A stretch of 62,947 bases of DNA, filler included, from Choristocarpus tenellus KU-1152 (Eukaryota > Protista > Phaeophyceae): assembly GCA_964200185.2 (NCBI GenBank). It is 9 parts of 9 records of this genome, joined end to end, with 100 filler letters (N's around TTAATTAATTAA, not from the genome) between each part and the next. Parts side by side here need not be neighbours in the genome. Positions count along the whole stretch, not along the records: positions 13,136 to 18,256 come from CAXNAD020011804.1; positions 18,357 to 27,801 come from CAXNAD020003670.1; 7 more parts are not named here. One strand, written 5' to 3'. Position numbers and translations under genes: made by a program. Below the pieces are notes generated by a model. That model had not been told where the DNA came from. It was given only the letters and a program-made list of their open reading frames with translations, and searched no databases. Position 1 is the first letter of the stretch. The number at the start of each line of letters is the position of its first letter. Shown piece by piece: positions 13,208-26,742 of the stretch.

Positions 13208-14054
13208 TTTTGCAGATGCGTCAGGGAAATTCCAAACCTATGTCACAAAGGAGTGCTGTCAAAATAACAGTGGTCGATAGTTCAAGAGGTATCCCTGCTT
13301 AAAAACACTTGTGATTTGAAGACTAACAATACAACAATGCTCCCTTGTAAATCGATGACTGCAATATAATTAATGTACACATTGCTATTCTTCTGACCTA
13401 GCTTACCCGTACAAAGGCGGGCGAGGACGTAGGGAAGCACCCCAAGAATCTGACAGACACCTTGTTGTCCACCCTTATCTCTCTACATCGAAACTTACGA
13501 CACAATTGGAGAGAGATAGGTAGTTTCGAACATTTTTGTCTCAACTAACACTATATTACTTTGTCGTTCTGGATATATATGGAAGGGAAAGATCAAAATG
13601 TTATGTATGTATAAGAACAAAATAACACATGAAGGGAAAGTTTACGAAGTAAGCTGAGTTTTATGGGTGGGAGTTCTGGTTGGTTGGGGGCACAGGGCAA
13701 GGAAGGGGACAAGAAAGAAAGAAAAAATATCAAGGAGGGAACGAAGAGTTAAATATTGAGTGGTTGAGAGAGGGAGGAGAGTGGTTAAGAAAATAAGTGG
13801 TAGGCGGAGGCACAAGTGGAGAAGGAATGGACACTATTGAATCGAAGAGGAAACCTGAGGCTGGGGTGGCAGGACGAGGAGGGCTAGATCAAGAGGACCC
13901 CCGAGCAAGCTTTCCCGCCCACCCACCCTGTCACTTGCTCACGACTGACTTGGATTTTTGGGTGGGAAGGGAGGTCAAGTTCGGGCGGGGTAGATGTCTT
14001 CTGACTCAAAGGCATGATATGAAGGGGATCATGAAGGGGGGTTCTTGGATTATT

Positions 14055-14410
14055 GTGGAGTGGTGTTGAGTGGTGTGGGATTGAGTGATGTGGGGTTGAG
14101 TGGTGTTCAATGGTGTGGTGGAGTGGTAACTGGGGTGGGGTTGAGTGGGGTTGAAAAGGGTTGAAAGGGGTGGTAGAGTTCAGAAATCAGTGGCGAAAGG
14201 GGTCGCACTGGTTTGTCATAGGATAGGGGGGTGACTGGAAATCCATGACGAAGGGGTCGCACTGATTGATTGGTCATCGGATGTGGGGGGTGACGGAAAA
14301 TCAGTGGCGAAGGGGATTCACTCTGGTTGGTCATCAGATGTGGGGGGTGACTGGAAATCAGTGGCGAAGAGGTCGCACTGGTTCACAAGGGTTGATAGGA
14401 TGTGGGAGAA
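14055..14410. repeat. GTGG(T/G)GTTGA-type simple repeat followed by a ~58-bp minisatellite (about 4 units)
   Basis: Recurring AAATCAGTGGCGAAGGGGTCGCACTGG...GATGTGGGGGGTGAC. Confidence 0.85.
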
Positions 14411-15813
14411 AGGGGATAGGGAGAAATGCAAACATACTGAAAAAGTTAACAATCAAGAATTCGTGAACAAAACAAACGATTGCTATCAAAATGCCGTAAT
14501 AAAAAATTGCCTAAAATTGTGTTACAGACTCTTTCCAAAAATCATACATTCTGACACTCCCATTCCGAGGTTAGCAATTGACCAATTACATCGCATTATA
14601 TTTCGCACACTGATTAGACGACTAAATTATTTCACTATCACTTAACCCTAACCCTACTAAATATGTATGTAAGATAGGCCAGCCATTCTGTCCTGGTGAA
14701 AGGAAAGCACATATCTCCAAAATGTTAAGAGAAGAAATGATGATAATGCAGAATAGATGTACAAGAGGGGTGGTAATAGAAAGAAAAGAGGTGCTACATC
14801 AGTGTAAAGTGAATATATCAATTTGGTATTCCTTATGGGAGATACTTGATGTCAGTCGTTCAGTTCAAAACGGTGGTAAATGAATATTGGTGTAGGTATA
14901 GGAGGGTGACTTATGAACACGATAATGCACACTGCTGTTGAAAAGAAGGCACGGTATTTTGGAGAGGATGTCACACTAGTACGGAAAAGGCAGATATTAT
15001 ATCCGTGAGATGAATGGGGGGTTGATGTTTAAGAGAGGTGAAGCCTGTATCGTTTCGCTGAGGATATGAGCATATGAGTGGGAGTACCTACAATAGAACC
15101 CTAGAGTACTACTCCTAAAAAGGGGAAGACTTCTGTGTCCAAGACCTGGTGAGATTGTCCCACACAGTGTTTTGGAAGTATGAGTCTGTATAACTGGCGG
15201 TGCAGTAGAAGATCCCATTTTTTTCCAAATCGGCCATTCTGAACATGTTGAACATGTGTAAGGTGAATGAGTGCAAAATTATGCATTGTGAGGACTGCAA
15301 TGGGGGGTTGATGTGAGATGAATGAGATATAATTTGAATGAATATTCACTTTGAAAATGTATTGCAATGGAAGTGAAAGGACATGGTATGATAAAGTGCC
15401 TTCGAATGTGATCGAGATTTCTTGAATTTGGAAGGAGCATTGAAATGCTGTGATACGGAGATGATCAACAGATCAAATTAAACGATGCACGGTGCAGAAA
15501 TTGCAGAAGGGTAAAGGCTATACGAGGTGGAAATGAAATACTATATGAATGGCTATTATGAAGCTAAGTGGTTGTAATGCAATGATAGTGGTCATTGTCT
15601 GCGGATCAACTGGGCGAAATCACTAGGATGGCCGATTACTATGAGCTCTCTGTGTGCTCCACCAATGCCTATTTGGTAGTAGGTACAGAAAATTTTGTCA
15701 AAGCTCAACATGATTCGTTTGGTTAATATTTTTTGGTATCTGGCAGACCCTGAAAATTTGACACTATTCACGAAGGAAACGGCCTACACCATTTCATTTT
15801 TTTTTACACTGGA

Positions 15814-16189
15814 GAGGCAATGTATCTTAGAGAGTAGAGCCGCGTCCATTTGGGGTCAAGGGGTCAAAATCCAATGTTGCGATTTTGATGTAATTTTGGT
15901 TATCGTGTTTGTTAGGAAGTGTCAATATTTTTATTATTATGCCCTCTGACATTCTTATGTTTAGGACATTTTATATACATACACGTATGTATATAGTTTT
16001 CATTGGTTTCCCCCTGACACATCTGCAAAGTGTCAATATCCTAATCCAGGACACACCATTTCTTAACGTATACATTATACCGACTCCGAAATATTTTGGA
16101 GTAGGAAAATGTCATAAAAAAACCCGAGGGAAGCCAAGCCCCAAATGGACAAACTGGACAAACTCGTACCCTCTAAGATAGTTCCCCTC
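15814..16189 (+). mobile_element. MITE family A copy with internal insertion or duplication
   Basis: GTATCTTAGAGAGTAGAGCCGCGTCCATTTGG...CCAAATGGACAAACTGGACAAACTCGTACCCTCTAAGATA; about 110 bp longer than other copies. Confidence 0.85.
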
Positions 16190-16254
16190 AAGAGAGTGAG
16201 AGAGTAAACGTTTTACTACCTTATCAATCCAGTCATCTCCGCAAGAATGGAGAA

Positions 16255-16760
16255 TTTCGTGATTGATTAGTAGCCCCAACTGAAGTTCAGGGTTTAATCT
16301 TACATGCCCTACATGACCATAAAGTTGCAGGCCATCTTGCGTTCAAGCATATGGTTGATTGAGTAAGAGACAGATTTTGGTGGCCGACCTTTACGTAAAG
16401 ATGGCAGAAATTGGTGTGAAACCTGCCAGTCATGTCAGAGACGTACGGCCACCCATGCTCCTACTCCACTACCTACAGGATATATGCCTGTGACATACCT
16501 CTTCCAACTGCTTGCTATTGATCTAGTTAAGTATAAGATCACATCAGATGGCGCAAAATATGTGTTATCCTGAAGAAAAAACCGTGCCTAAGGCTCTTGT
16601 CCATTGCCTTTTTTCCAAATGTTTGGGAATAATCTCTTGGGAGAGTTGTGTATAATATACATTTATAATAAAACCAGGACTACATCATATCGACGCCAAG
16701 GTAGTAGCATATGTGAAACAATTCATTCCACGATGCACGGTATGCTGGCCATGTAAAACG
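16255..16760 (+). mobile_element. Ty3/Gypsy integrase remnant
   Basis: LHALHDHKVAGHLAF...RDRFWWPT..KD..NWCETCQSCQ (HHCC zinc-binding domain), then FQLLAIDLV.Y...DGAKYVLS (rve start); stops and frameshifts. Confidence 0.85.
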
Positions 16761-18356
16761 CTTGGAAGGCCGATGTAAAGTGGCAGTTCACGTGACCAGA
16801 CTTTAACCCCATAAAGAAAGTGGAGCAACTGAACCTGACATGGATGGCCTTAATTCACTTTTCCTAGTGTGGGTATTATCCAAACCAGATATTGATCAGG
16901 AGTCAAGGACACAGCCAACAATTGGGTCATATACTTCACAGGGAATTATTGACAACAAGCGTGGTCTGGGAGGAAAGACCTCTTGCAATTATATGTGCTG
17001 GCTTTGCCTTCAAGGATGTTCACCAGCCAGTGATGTATGGTGCAAACCCGCTGAAATACCTGAATGTGTAGAGATAATCGTAGGCTATAGGGAATAGAAC
17101 AAGTTGGATTTCCCTGGTGTAAATCCATTGTCCAAGTCACTTGGCATAAATGAAAGGCTCCTTCCCTTAGACCAGTCAAAGACTTGACTTGTGCCTCCAA
17201 CTGAATGCTCACCTACAGTAACTTCGCCTTCTCTGATAATCGTGATAATCTTCCTTGTGAACCGCATCGTGCAACAAGTTCCTCTACACTAGTGGGTTGG
17301 CTGGTCTGGTGAGTTCCCCATGGAGTCAAAGAAATCGAGAGGTAACCAGGGTGCTTACAAAAATGTGCAAAATTCGTATTTTTTACAAACACATGTAGGA
17401 TAATTTATGATCTGTGTTGAAACGTTTAAAACAATAGAGAAATCAACGCTCATTAGTCAAACCTAGCAACTTTATCCATGAAAATAAGGGTGAATAGCTA
17501 AAGATTAAAACTGACTTTATATGCGAAATGGGCAAAACCTGGGTACCCCTCGTATACTTTGACTCCATCGTGTCCACAGATAGAGAAGATATTTCTCCGA
17601 GATTGACACTGATAAATTCTTGAAGATCATGCAATGGCTCAGTCCGGGTGATATTTTGAGCTTATATCTATCAGGCGACTCAGACATGTGGGGTAGAAAG
17701 ATAGCTCTTATCAGGAGACACAAACACAGGTTGGTCCTGTGTGTGATAACTGTAGATACATCCAAAATATTTTACCGATATCAACAAATGTGCATACAAC
17801 AAATATAATTAAAACAAACTTTTCTGATTGTCCAGTCTTAACTAGACTTGACGGTAAGAGGTAAAGAATTTTCCAGTCACTCGTGACACTGTCCCCCCAC
17901 GACACTCCTAAATAGATGACTTGATGTACCAAAGCTGTGGTGATACTGAGAGCTTCATCCACTCAGATCCCCAGGTGCTTGTCGGAGATAGGCTGGGCCA
18001 AGCCACTTTTCTCCCTACGCTTTCTACCGTTTCCCACAGATTTTCCTACCTTGGACTAGAGTGCGACCAAGGGCTGATCACCACGAGTGCATCACCTTTT
18101 CTTTCTTTCCTTTTTCTATCATGGAAAGACACCCATTTGATGTGAAGTGCTGGTGAGCCACCTTTGTGTTCGTGTTGGATGGAATCCACACTGGGGGGGG
18201 GGCAACTGTTACAGGCGAATAGAGCGAGTATTTCTTTTTGTATTTCAACGAAGTGCNNNNNNNNNNNNNNNNNNNNNNNNNNNNNNNNNNNNNNNNNNNN
18301 TTAATTAATTAANNNNNNNNNNNNNNNNNNNNNNNNNNNNNNNNNNNNNNNNNNNN

Positions 18357-18769
18357 GGCATCACCGTGATCAAGAGTGGGGGACACCACTACGTGGACCC
18401 TCACAAGAGGATCTCAAACACGGTTGTGAGCCAGGTGTACCCTCACCAGCCACTTGAGGTCTGCGGCATCCCCAAGGCAGACTTTCTCGATATACTCTGC
18501 CACAAGGTGTGCCACCCGATCGGAACCACTATCCTGAAGTCCGTCGCGATCACGCCGGACATCAAGACAGATTCTCGGCCTGGAACCTGGCGTCGGCCAT
18601 CGTGAGACACCCGGCAACGTCTGATGCCCAGACTCGGTTCACTGCCGTGAGGAGCCTCCTGTCCGCGACGAGCCTTACATGCGCCAAGTTTTTCAACACG
18701 CTTAAGCACCTAATACAAACTCTAGCTAGGGGAGGCGCAGCCGGACTGTTTTGTTTTTTTTCCACTTGA
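18357..18769 (+). pseudogene. GC3-rich, apparently intronless coding fragment of unknown function, one frameshift
   Basis: Overlapping ORFs 18366-18605 and 18509-18769 join by a 1-nt shift near 18567; CpG-rich compared with the flanks. Confidence 0.4.
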
Positions 18770-19989
18770 TGCTATTGTCCCATTATATCACTTGTAATGT
18801 CCCACTAATCTACCATAACACACCGCTGTGTACGTTACTACCTTGTATTTGTACTAAACTAAAGATTAACGTACATATAAGCTATGTTGTTTACTTGGAT
18901 CAGCACAGATAACGTAAGGATAACACTAGGTTATTCGACACAGCCACTAGGTGGTTGCTAAAAAAAACCTAAAGTCCCCACCTGTGCAGTTGCAGAAGAA
19001 AAGACTATTTAGGATACAGCTGACGTACCTGCCAATGAGCCAAAGTAGACGAGAAATACCCAGGACTTAGTCGTTTTGCATTTTAAGCCAGTTTTTCAAT
19101 AATTTTCAATTCACTCATACTTTTATTTATGACTAGCTAAGTTTGACTTGAGACTGTTGATTTCTCTATTGTTTGAAACTTTTCGAAAGAATTATGATAA
19201 GCTCCTACAAAGGTTCGCAAAAAAGTCCGAATTTTGCACACATTTGTCAGCATCCTTACAATACAACTCTGAGAACCTCTTGTTTACTTTGACTCCAATG
19301 TAAATAATATGGCATCTTCGTGCACAGATAGTCAATTTGATTGAAGCTACTTCGGAAATGTTTCCACCCCCTAAACCAAAGGTGTTGCCAAGAGGGTCGT
19401 GATCGAGTGACCAAGCCCGAGCAAGCTTCTTGGAGATCTGAGAAGAGCAGGAAAGGGAATAGAATAAACAAAATACAAGCCTCCAAAATGTCATTATCAA
19501 GAATGCATTGAAGGTGGTTTGCTAGCAGGTCAAACAGGGGAGGACAACCTCCTGACAGAAGTTCGTTGACACTTACAACAGGAAGATGGAAGATTGTATG
19601 TGCTGTTGGGGTTGAGGTGGTTTCTATCAATACCTGGAAGGGTATATATAAAGTAAAAAAAGGACCAGGAAGAGTGCCTCCAAATATATCTGTGGTGAAT
19701 CTGGCATACTACTGTGAGAGCAGGCACTCTTCAAGGGATGGTGTAGATAATACTTCAAAGTGCTCCAAATTGACAAGTTAGCTAACCTCAACCCCCATGG
19801 TGCCGGAGCCCTTTAAAGAGGACGTGCATGTATGGTACTCGCGGATGCACAACACTGGTGGGAGTTGCTGGAGCAATCTAGACAATGAGAAATGGGAAGA
19901 TAATGGGTCCAGATAATCTACCAGTCGAGGTCCTGAACCTAGATTATCCTCCAGAGTTTCCACAAGATTGTGTTAGCCATGTGGGACTA

Positions 19990-21530
19990 GAAGATGTGAC
20001 GCAGGTTTTTTGGAAGGTTGCATGCTCCACAAGAATATGGATAAGACAGACTGTATAACTGCAGAGGCATCTAATCGGTGGCACATGCTGGCAAATCTCT
20101 TCTCTATGTCGTTGCATGGCAACTGGAAGGGTACCTTAAGAGGAGAACATGCTCTACAATGAACAGATTGGTTTGAGTGCTAGACACATGACACATGGTG
20201 GATATGATGTGCACCGTATATTCCCTCCAAGGGCTCGGCTGGGAAATGCATGTACCTCAGTCCATATGTTTCATCGACCTACAGGTAGCATATGAAGTTG
20301 TAGACTGCATCTTCCATGGACTGTGCTTGCTAAGGTTGGATTGCCCGAGAATATTATCTCAGTCTTCCATCAATTCCATAATGGGATGGGGCCTGCATCA
20401 GCACAAATGATGGAGAGTGTATGGATTAGTTTGAGGTCGGAAAAGGCCTTCAAGACGGATATGTTCTTGGTCCAATTCTCATCATCTCCTTCACTGCAGT
20501 ACTAAGTGTAGTATTCAAGGAGTTAAAATCTCACCTGACCACCTCCAAAGATCTTGTTATCATAAAATGAGCTACCATAAACGCAGGTCAGAGGAGGGGG
20601 GGCGACAGTTAATGGAGTAACACTTGAGCAGATCCTGTTAGGTATACATTATGCTGACTTTGTGGGCATTTTGTCTAAGACCCAAGAAAGATTTGGCCAG
20701 GAGAATGATAGTGATAATGAAGGTGGCCATATCATTCGGGCTGACAATGTCTAACTTAAACATTGGAGTCCATGTGCCTTCAACCTCCCAACAAGACCAA
20801 GGACATAATTAAAATCCAGACTTTGGGTCAACACTACAAGCAAACTGACAATTTTGTTGCCCTGGAGACACCATAGCTGATGAAGCCCTTATCACCACAG
20901 AGAACAGTCGACGGGTTCAAAACTGCCAGGGCCCATTTCTGTGTGTACAGCCGAATGCTCTATGACAGGACCAAAGGTGTACCACTCAAGCTTAAGAGTT
21001 AAATGCTTGAGACTGAAATGCTTAAGGTTCTGCTATATGGTTGTGTGACATGGATACTCTGTCAGGTCTACTATATGAAGCTTCATCCCCAACACCTATT
21101 CTTCCTCTCTTCGTAGGATTTTGCATATGGTAACGCACTGCTTATATACTGTCCTAGAAAGACACCCTCGTGAAGATTGGGCGTGAAAGTATCAAGGTGA
21201 CTGTAAAAAACGGAGACTCCTGTTCACAGGCCCAATTGCATGGATGATGGATAAGTGACTTCCCGAGGTGTTGATGTTTGGGGAGCTTCCAGACGGAAAA
21301 CGGAAGCAAAGGTGGACAGGAGAAGGACTTATGGATGTGCCATTAAGATGGTCTTGAGAAGTTTGGGACCACAGTTGAGGGATGGAGTACAAGGGCAACG
21401 AGTCAATACAGATGGTACGAGTGTGTGGTTGGCGGCATACAAGCTTCATCTGAGAGTGGCATTTCAAGGAAGCTGTGATAGCTGATGATAAGCTTAATGC
21501 TAAAGCAAGAACTATTAAACGGGGCAGCCA
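19990..21530 (+). mobile_element. Degenerate non-LTR retrotransposon (RTE-like LINE), RT and C-terminal region
   Basis: NCRGI..VAHAGK, DMMCTVYSLQGLG..VPQSICFIDLQVAYEVVD, SVFHQFHNGM, YADF (YADD-like), LLYGCVTWT, KRRLLFTG, VLMFGEL motifs in order with many disruptions. Confidence 0.88.
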
Positions 21531-22089
21531 AAGCAGATCAAGGCACATGCACACCCACCGCTGCTTGCTGAATACTGTTTTGCTCATTGTCTTCCTCTTC
21601 ATCATGGGCTGGTTATATTTGTTTCCTTCTTTCCTCTCCTCTGTCTTCTTTGTGTGGGGTGTTGTGACACAGAAATTTTGTTTATTTTCCCCCTTTTCTA
21701 GACCTTGTAATGTGTGACAATACTACTATGTCCTATCCCACATATTAGGTGTTAGTGCATCGCACCAGGATTTCTCTTCGGTAATCTTCGTAGATACACA
21801 AGAGTTCTTCCTCTTTTCTTTATTGTTTGTTTTTCTACCGCAATATATTTTTCTTCTTGTTTACAAATCAGTGTAGATTGCTTTCTTCACTGTTTAATAC
21901 TCATCCACAACACTGGGACCCCTCAGACTAATGCAGGTAATGGTAAATATTAAAATATAACCTACTTCGAAGTAGTTAATATTACTGCCACTGTTGTATT
22001 ATTACTGTTACTATTATTGTCATTATTTTTACTATCAATATGATTATTATGAAATTTGCTGTAAAAGCAGCCACAACAGTCACTAAACA

Positions 22090-22930
22090 CACACAGCACT
22101 GCCTTCTGAGGTTTGGGTTAGGAATGGGCTCTGACCTGGGATATCCTCCTTGGTACTGATGGTGGTATCTATGTCTCACTTGTGAGTGTAGGGATTTGGC
22201 TGATTTTCTGATGCATAATTGTGAGTGGAGTTATATCCTCCTCCCTGGACTAGTTGTGGCCCCTTAAGCTGGAGGTGATACCTAGTTTGTTTTTAGATGT
22301 GACATTTTCTGTGACTCCTCTTTTTTTCATTTTTTCAGCAATATTACGTCTCTGAATTCCCTCTTCTGCTAGATACTATCTTTGTCTATTGCCTTTCTGA
22401 CCACGGGTTTCGAGCATGTTAAATAGGGTTAAGGGCGTTTCTTTCTCCATAGCAACATCTCCAAAATGTTTGCACATAATTATAACAACCATACATCAGA
22501 CTGATGTGCTATAAATCAATCGTTTAATCATAAAACCAATTATACCTATCTGCAAACGGATCCAAGAGTTCCCTGTAGGCCACCAAAGACCACTCAGAGT
22601 CAGAGGAGCACAATGTATGACAGCAGTACAATAGTTGGAGCTGTCCTAAACTTACACTACTCTGTTCAATAGCACTGAGGAAACCTAGCAGTACTGCAGC
22701 AATGATTCCGAAGTTGCTTCTACTATTTTCGCACCAGAATCTAGTTCCACTTGGAGTACTATGTAGAAACACCTGGTACTATACAGGGTTGCAGAGATAT
22801 ATACTCCGGAGTAGCATATAGCGCTAGTATTGTTCCTGATGAAGTAATCTATCAATCCTACAGTTGACCCTACTACTAATAGCAGCAAGTAGATTCTCAG
22901 GACCACTAGGACTGGCAATGTTCCTAAGTC
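22090..22930 (-). pseudogene. Degenerate unknown reading frame
   Basis: ORF 22524-22772 continues in frame past isolated TAA/TAG codons (YNWFYD*TIDL*HISLMYGCYNYVQTFWRCCYGERN...); no family recognised. Confidence 0.3.
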
Positions 22931-24052
22931 CCCCAGTGCACACTATACTTGAATTTCTGATAGTACTCCTGATGAAGACTACTACTACTGCTGCTACCAG
23001 CATACAATGGGCCACATGGTGCAATATGTTACATCACGAGCACTGCTCTAGCACCTGCGTCAAACACAAGAACATACTGGTTGATCTTTTTGCGACTGAG
23101 TGCTTCATCACGACAAACAAAGGAGGAAACAACACCTTCGCTTTTTTGACCCCATAGAAATGCAGTGCCCACTTTTCTGTGGGTTACCCATTTCTAGTTT
23201 TGTTTTCATTCCATAATTGTTTTGAAACTTTAAGGAAGCACAAATGCCTGTCCTCGCCACTGCCCACAGTCACCTTTTAAAAGTAAGACTATCAACATGC
23301 GGCGTGTTACACATTCTTACACGGCAAACACCTGCCAGTACTACTACTGTCCATGCATCGTGACCTCCAACATTGACTCGTATAGTTCGCATTCCAATGC
23401 TGGGAGGGTACATCACACATATCTGAACCTTAGATAAATGGCAAATAGTAGGATTTGACATGAGTACCTTCCCTAACCATCCAGCAGTGTGGAAATCTAC
23501 ACATTGACTGTCGGTGTTTATTTCCTTGGTGGCGGCATGATATTCTTGTTCCCTCGAAGGGTCGACTTACTTCCTCTTCAGTTAGTTGCACGTGTAAATG
23601 CTGCTGCTTGTGGAAGATGGTGGTTTCCGACTATTGAAGTTCTCACCTGTATAGCTAGGCGGAAAATCCTATGGCACATTCTACCACAATAATGTAAGAG
23701 AATACTTAGTTCACTACTAATCGTCCTTTCCTTCTAGTACACTCACTTGCTCATGTTAGCTCGGCATCTTGTGTCTCAAAACTCTTATGTGTTTTAGCTG
23801 AGAGCGACTGTTTTCGTCTAGGTTTGGTCGACAACTTTTAGGTATCCCAGCAAGAGGTGCTGGCTATTATTTCTTGTGATATGTTTGATGTTGCTGATAA
23901 CGTTTTGCGAGACAAACCTACTTTTTCCGAGCGTTTTGTTTTTGTTTCTAGCCATTGCTGCTAATTCTGTTTTTTTCTGCTTGTTATGTGAGTATAAATT
24001 TTGTGAGGGATGCCAATTTGATACACAAAGGAGGTGGTACATATCACACGAA

Positions 24053-24311
24053 GAGTGAAAGTATCATAGAGGGTAAGAGTTTTGCCCTGTTTGTCCCTTT
24101 GGGGCTTGACTTTCCCACACGTATTTTAATGACATTTTCCTACTCCGAAATGTTTCAGAGGAGATAAAATGTATACATTATGAAAAGGTGTGTCCGGAAC
24201 AAGGATATTGACACTTGCTAACAAACACAATGCCCAAAATTACATCAATATCGCAACATTGGATTTTGTCCCCCAAATGGACACAGCTCTACCCTTAAGA
24301 TAGATTGACTC
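24053..24311 (-). mobile_element. MITE family A copy
   Basis: Full TIRs; flanks CGAA/TGAA (4-bp TSD with one CpG transition). Confidence 0.88.
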
Positions 24312-25088
24312 TGAAGCTTTCATGTCTTTTGTCAAGATAGTTTTTTGGGGGGGCTTGACTCTTTTCCATAGTCATCATCCCGTGACCCTCATCCTTGCTT
24401 GATGGTAAGTGAAAGTACAATAGATAACTTGGCTCACTATATTGTGAGTGGGGTGTTTGGAGTGTGAGTGTGACCCGACTGTTTACCCTGGAAGCGTCAT
24501 GCCTCTTTTCTGCTTTTTGTCCTTAGGTTTCACTACTGCATATGGGTGGTCAAAGTGTCTGGGGGGTGTGTGCTGATGTCCGTTTACCTATTTTCAATTT
24601 TCACTTTTTGGTGTGATTTGGTCACACTTGTCGGATTTGAAATGTCAGGAAAAAGAAGAAGACTGTTGGTTAGGTTCCTTTCTGCCCTTGCGTACGCAAG
24701 AGGAATGGGACTATATGCTACCATTTATTTGGGTTTGGTTAGGAGTTTCAACGTTTGCATGTGTCGGATTTGGAGTCTGTTCAAAATGGACTGTTGGTTT
24801 ATGTATGTGGTCATGTAGTTACGATAAAGAGTAAGAGATATGGGCTAGGTTGTTCCAGGGCTGGATATTGGTCTGTTTGCATGAGTGGGATTTGTTTGAC
24901 ATATAAAGGCTATCGGTTAGGGTGTATTTTGTCACTGTGGGATGAGGAAATGAAAAAAAATAAAATGAACTATTGGAATGTTGTTTTTTCGTTTATTTGG
25001 TTGCCTGAGTCGTGTGCAGTGTGTACACAAAGAGGACTGTCAACTTGGACCTGTTCTCCCCGAGTGTGCACGAGGACCATGACATATA

Positions 25089-25240
25089 GAGTCAAAGTAT
25101 CTTAGAGGGTAGAGCATTGTCCATTTGAGGGTCAATCATCCAATGGACTGATTTTGATGTAATTTTACCTACCGTGTTTGTTAGGAAGTGTCGACATCCT
25201 TGTTCCAGGCACACCTTTCCCTAACGTATACACTTCACTC
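25089..25240 (+). mobile_element. MITE family A, left half
   Basis: GAGTCAAAGTATCTTAGAGGGTAGAGCATTGTCCATTTG...; homology is lost after about 150 bp. Confidence 0.8.
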
Positions 25241-25618
25241 TATACCATGTACAGTTTGAAATGCAATACTTCATCTATTTGCGTGCATATGTTAGATTTA
25301 GTATGTAATAAGACATGGTTGTCGCTGAGGGTGTTAGTGTTGGAATTGTTGGTATGAAGGAAGGGAAAAAGGTCGGGTTCTGTTTTCAGGTTAATGCATT
25401 ATATCTCTATGTGAGAGATATCTGGAGGTATATACGAGTGGTTATTGGTCAAAATCTATTGCCGTACGTTTCTCTGAAAGTAGTTCAAGGTGCACTTCCG
25501 GAGAGGTCCTTGGTTGGTGTCATGCTCAAAAGCATCGTGCGTGGAGTTCAGTATATGATCCTCCAAGATTCAAAGGATGACGAGATTGGTTCTAGTTTGT
25601 CGAAACTTGGACAAGCAT

Positions 25619-26115
25619 AATAATGAACGCAAAAAGACCACAGACCTAGTCACCTCCAACCTCAGCGTGACGTGTACGATGGACCTCGCCACATCCGACT
25701 TCTTGACACAGAGGTACAATGCCAACCTTCTAAACAACGGTAGAATGGAGTCTATATCCCTATTGTCGCCATTATGGTCCGTGCCCAGGCTGCCATTAGC
25801 AATGTAGTTTTCAAGTAGTTTGCCATGGGGCACACTAGAGGGCACGTTTCCCCTACGCATGTCGGCTTCAAAGTCGCTTATGGTTTTCCATCTCGCACAA
25901 AGTGAAAACGGTAGCCCACTCAGCATCCCCGCGAGCCTATCGGCGGCGACCTGTGGGTCCGGCCCCAGCTTCAACAACATGGTCTCCACTCTACCGTTGT
26001 TGAGAAGGTTGGTGTTGTACCTCTGTGTCAAGAAGTCAGATGTGGCGAGGTCCGTCGTACACGTCGCGCTGAGGTTGGAGGTGGCTAGGTCTGTGGTCTT
26101 TTTGTGTTCATTATT
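25619..26115. repeat. Long inverted repeat: 132-bp arms (25619-25750 and 25984-26115) with a 233-bp loop
   Basis: Hand alignment gives 9 mismatches in 132 bp and no indels. Confidence 0.92.
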
Positions 26116-26417
26116 TTTTGTACCTGTGGCCGGCTGTCCGTGAATGTAGAGGGGAAAATGTCAGGACAACAGTATCAGGTAAGGAGAACGATATAGACGT
26201 GGCGTGGATGATGTTGTCAGCCCAGCACAGGAAGGGTGTACTTGTACGAACAATGATGGACTATGTTATTAATGATGACAGGATCTGTACGGAGTGCAAG
26301 GTTCGTGTCCATGTGTGGGCTATGCAAACACGATATGAAAAGGGCGTAGCGATGCTGTGGACATGAGTACGGCGTAGCACCTTCCTCAAAGGCCGCTATT
26401 TAGTAAAAAAAATCGAG

Positions 26418-26742
26418 CACAGATTAATGCTTGATATATGGCAGACGGTGATTCATGAGTTTCATGTGTTCTGTCGAATGGTAAAGGCCATCAATATCCA
26501 AGGTGTGGCGAAACTGTTGGGGGGGGGGGGGGGGGGGGGTGTCGATTTGAAACAGTAATCCTGAGCAGTAGAACATAATGTCAAATCTCGAAAGTGAAAA
26601 GTGAACATGAAAGGAATTTACGCACCAACCCGAGTTAGATGTCAGGAGGGCAACCATGCACAGGTTTATGCTTGACATATGGCAGACAGCGATGAATGAG
26701 TTTCATGTGTGCTGTCGAACGGTAAAGGCCATCAATATTGAA
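26418..26742. repeat. ~83-bp direct duplication (26418-26500 and 26660-26742)
   Basis: ATGCTTGA(T/C)ATATGGCAGAC...GGTAAAGGCCATCAATAT occurs twice. Confidence 0.85.

Noticed and set aside
17340-19960. Coding-like minus-strand stretches at 17340-17960 and 19190-19960
   Set aside because: No recognisable motif or consistent frame; left uncalled.
22150-22185. RHRYHHQY as a desaturase histidine box
   Set aside because: It is isolated, in a frame not clearly joined to the upstream remnant, and no other His boxes were found.
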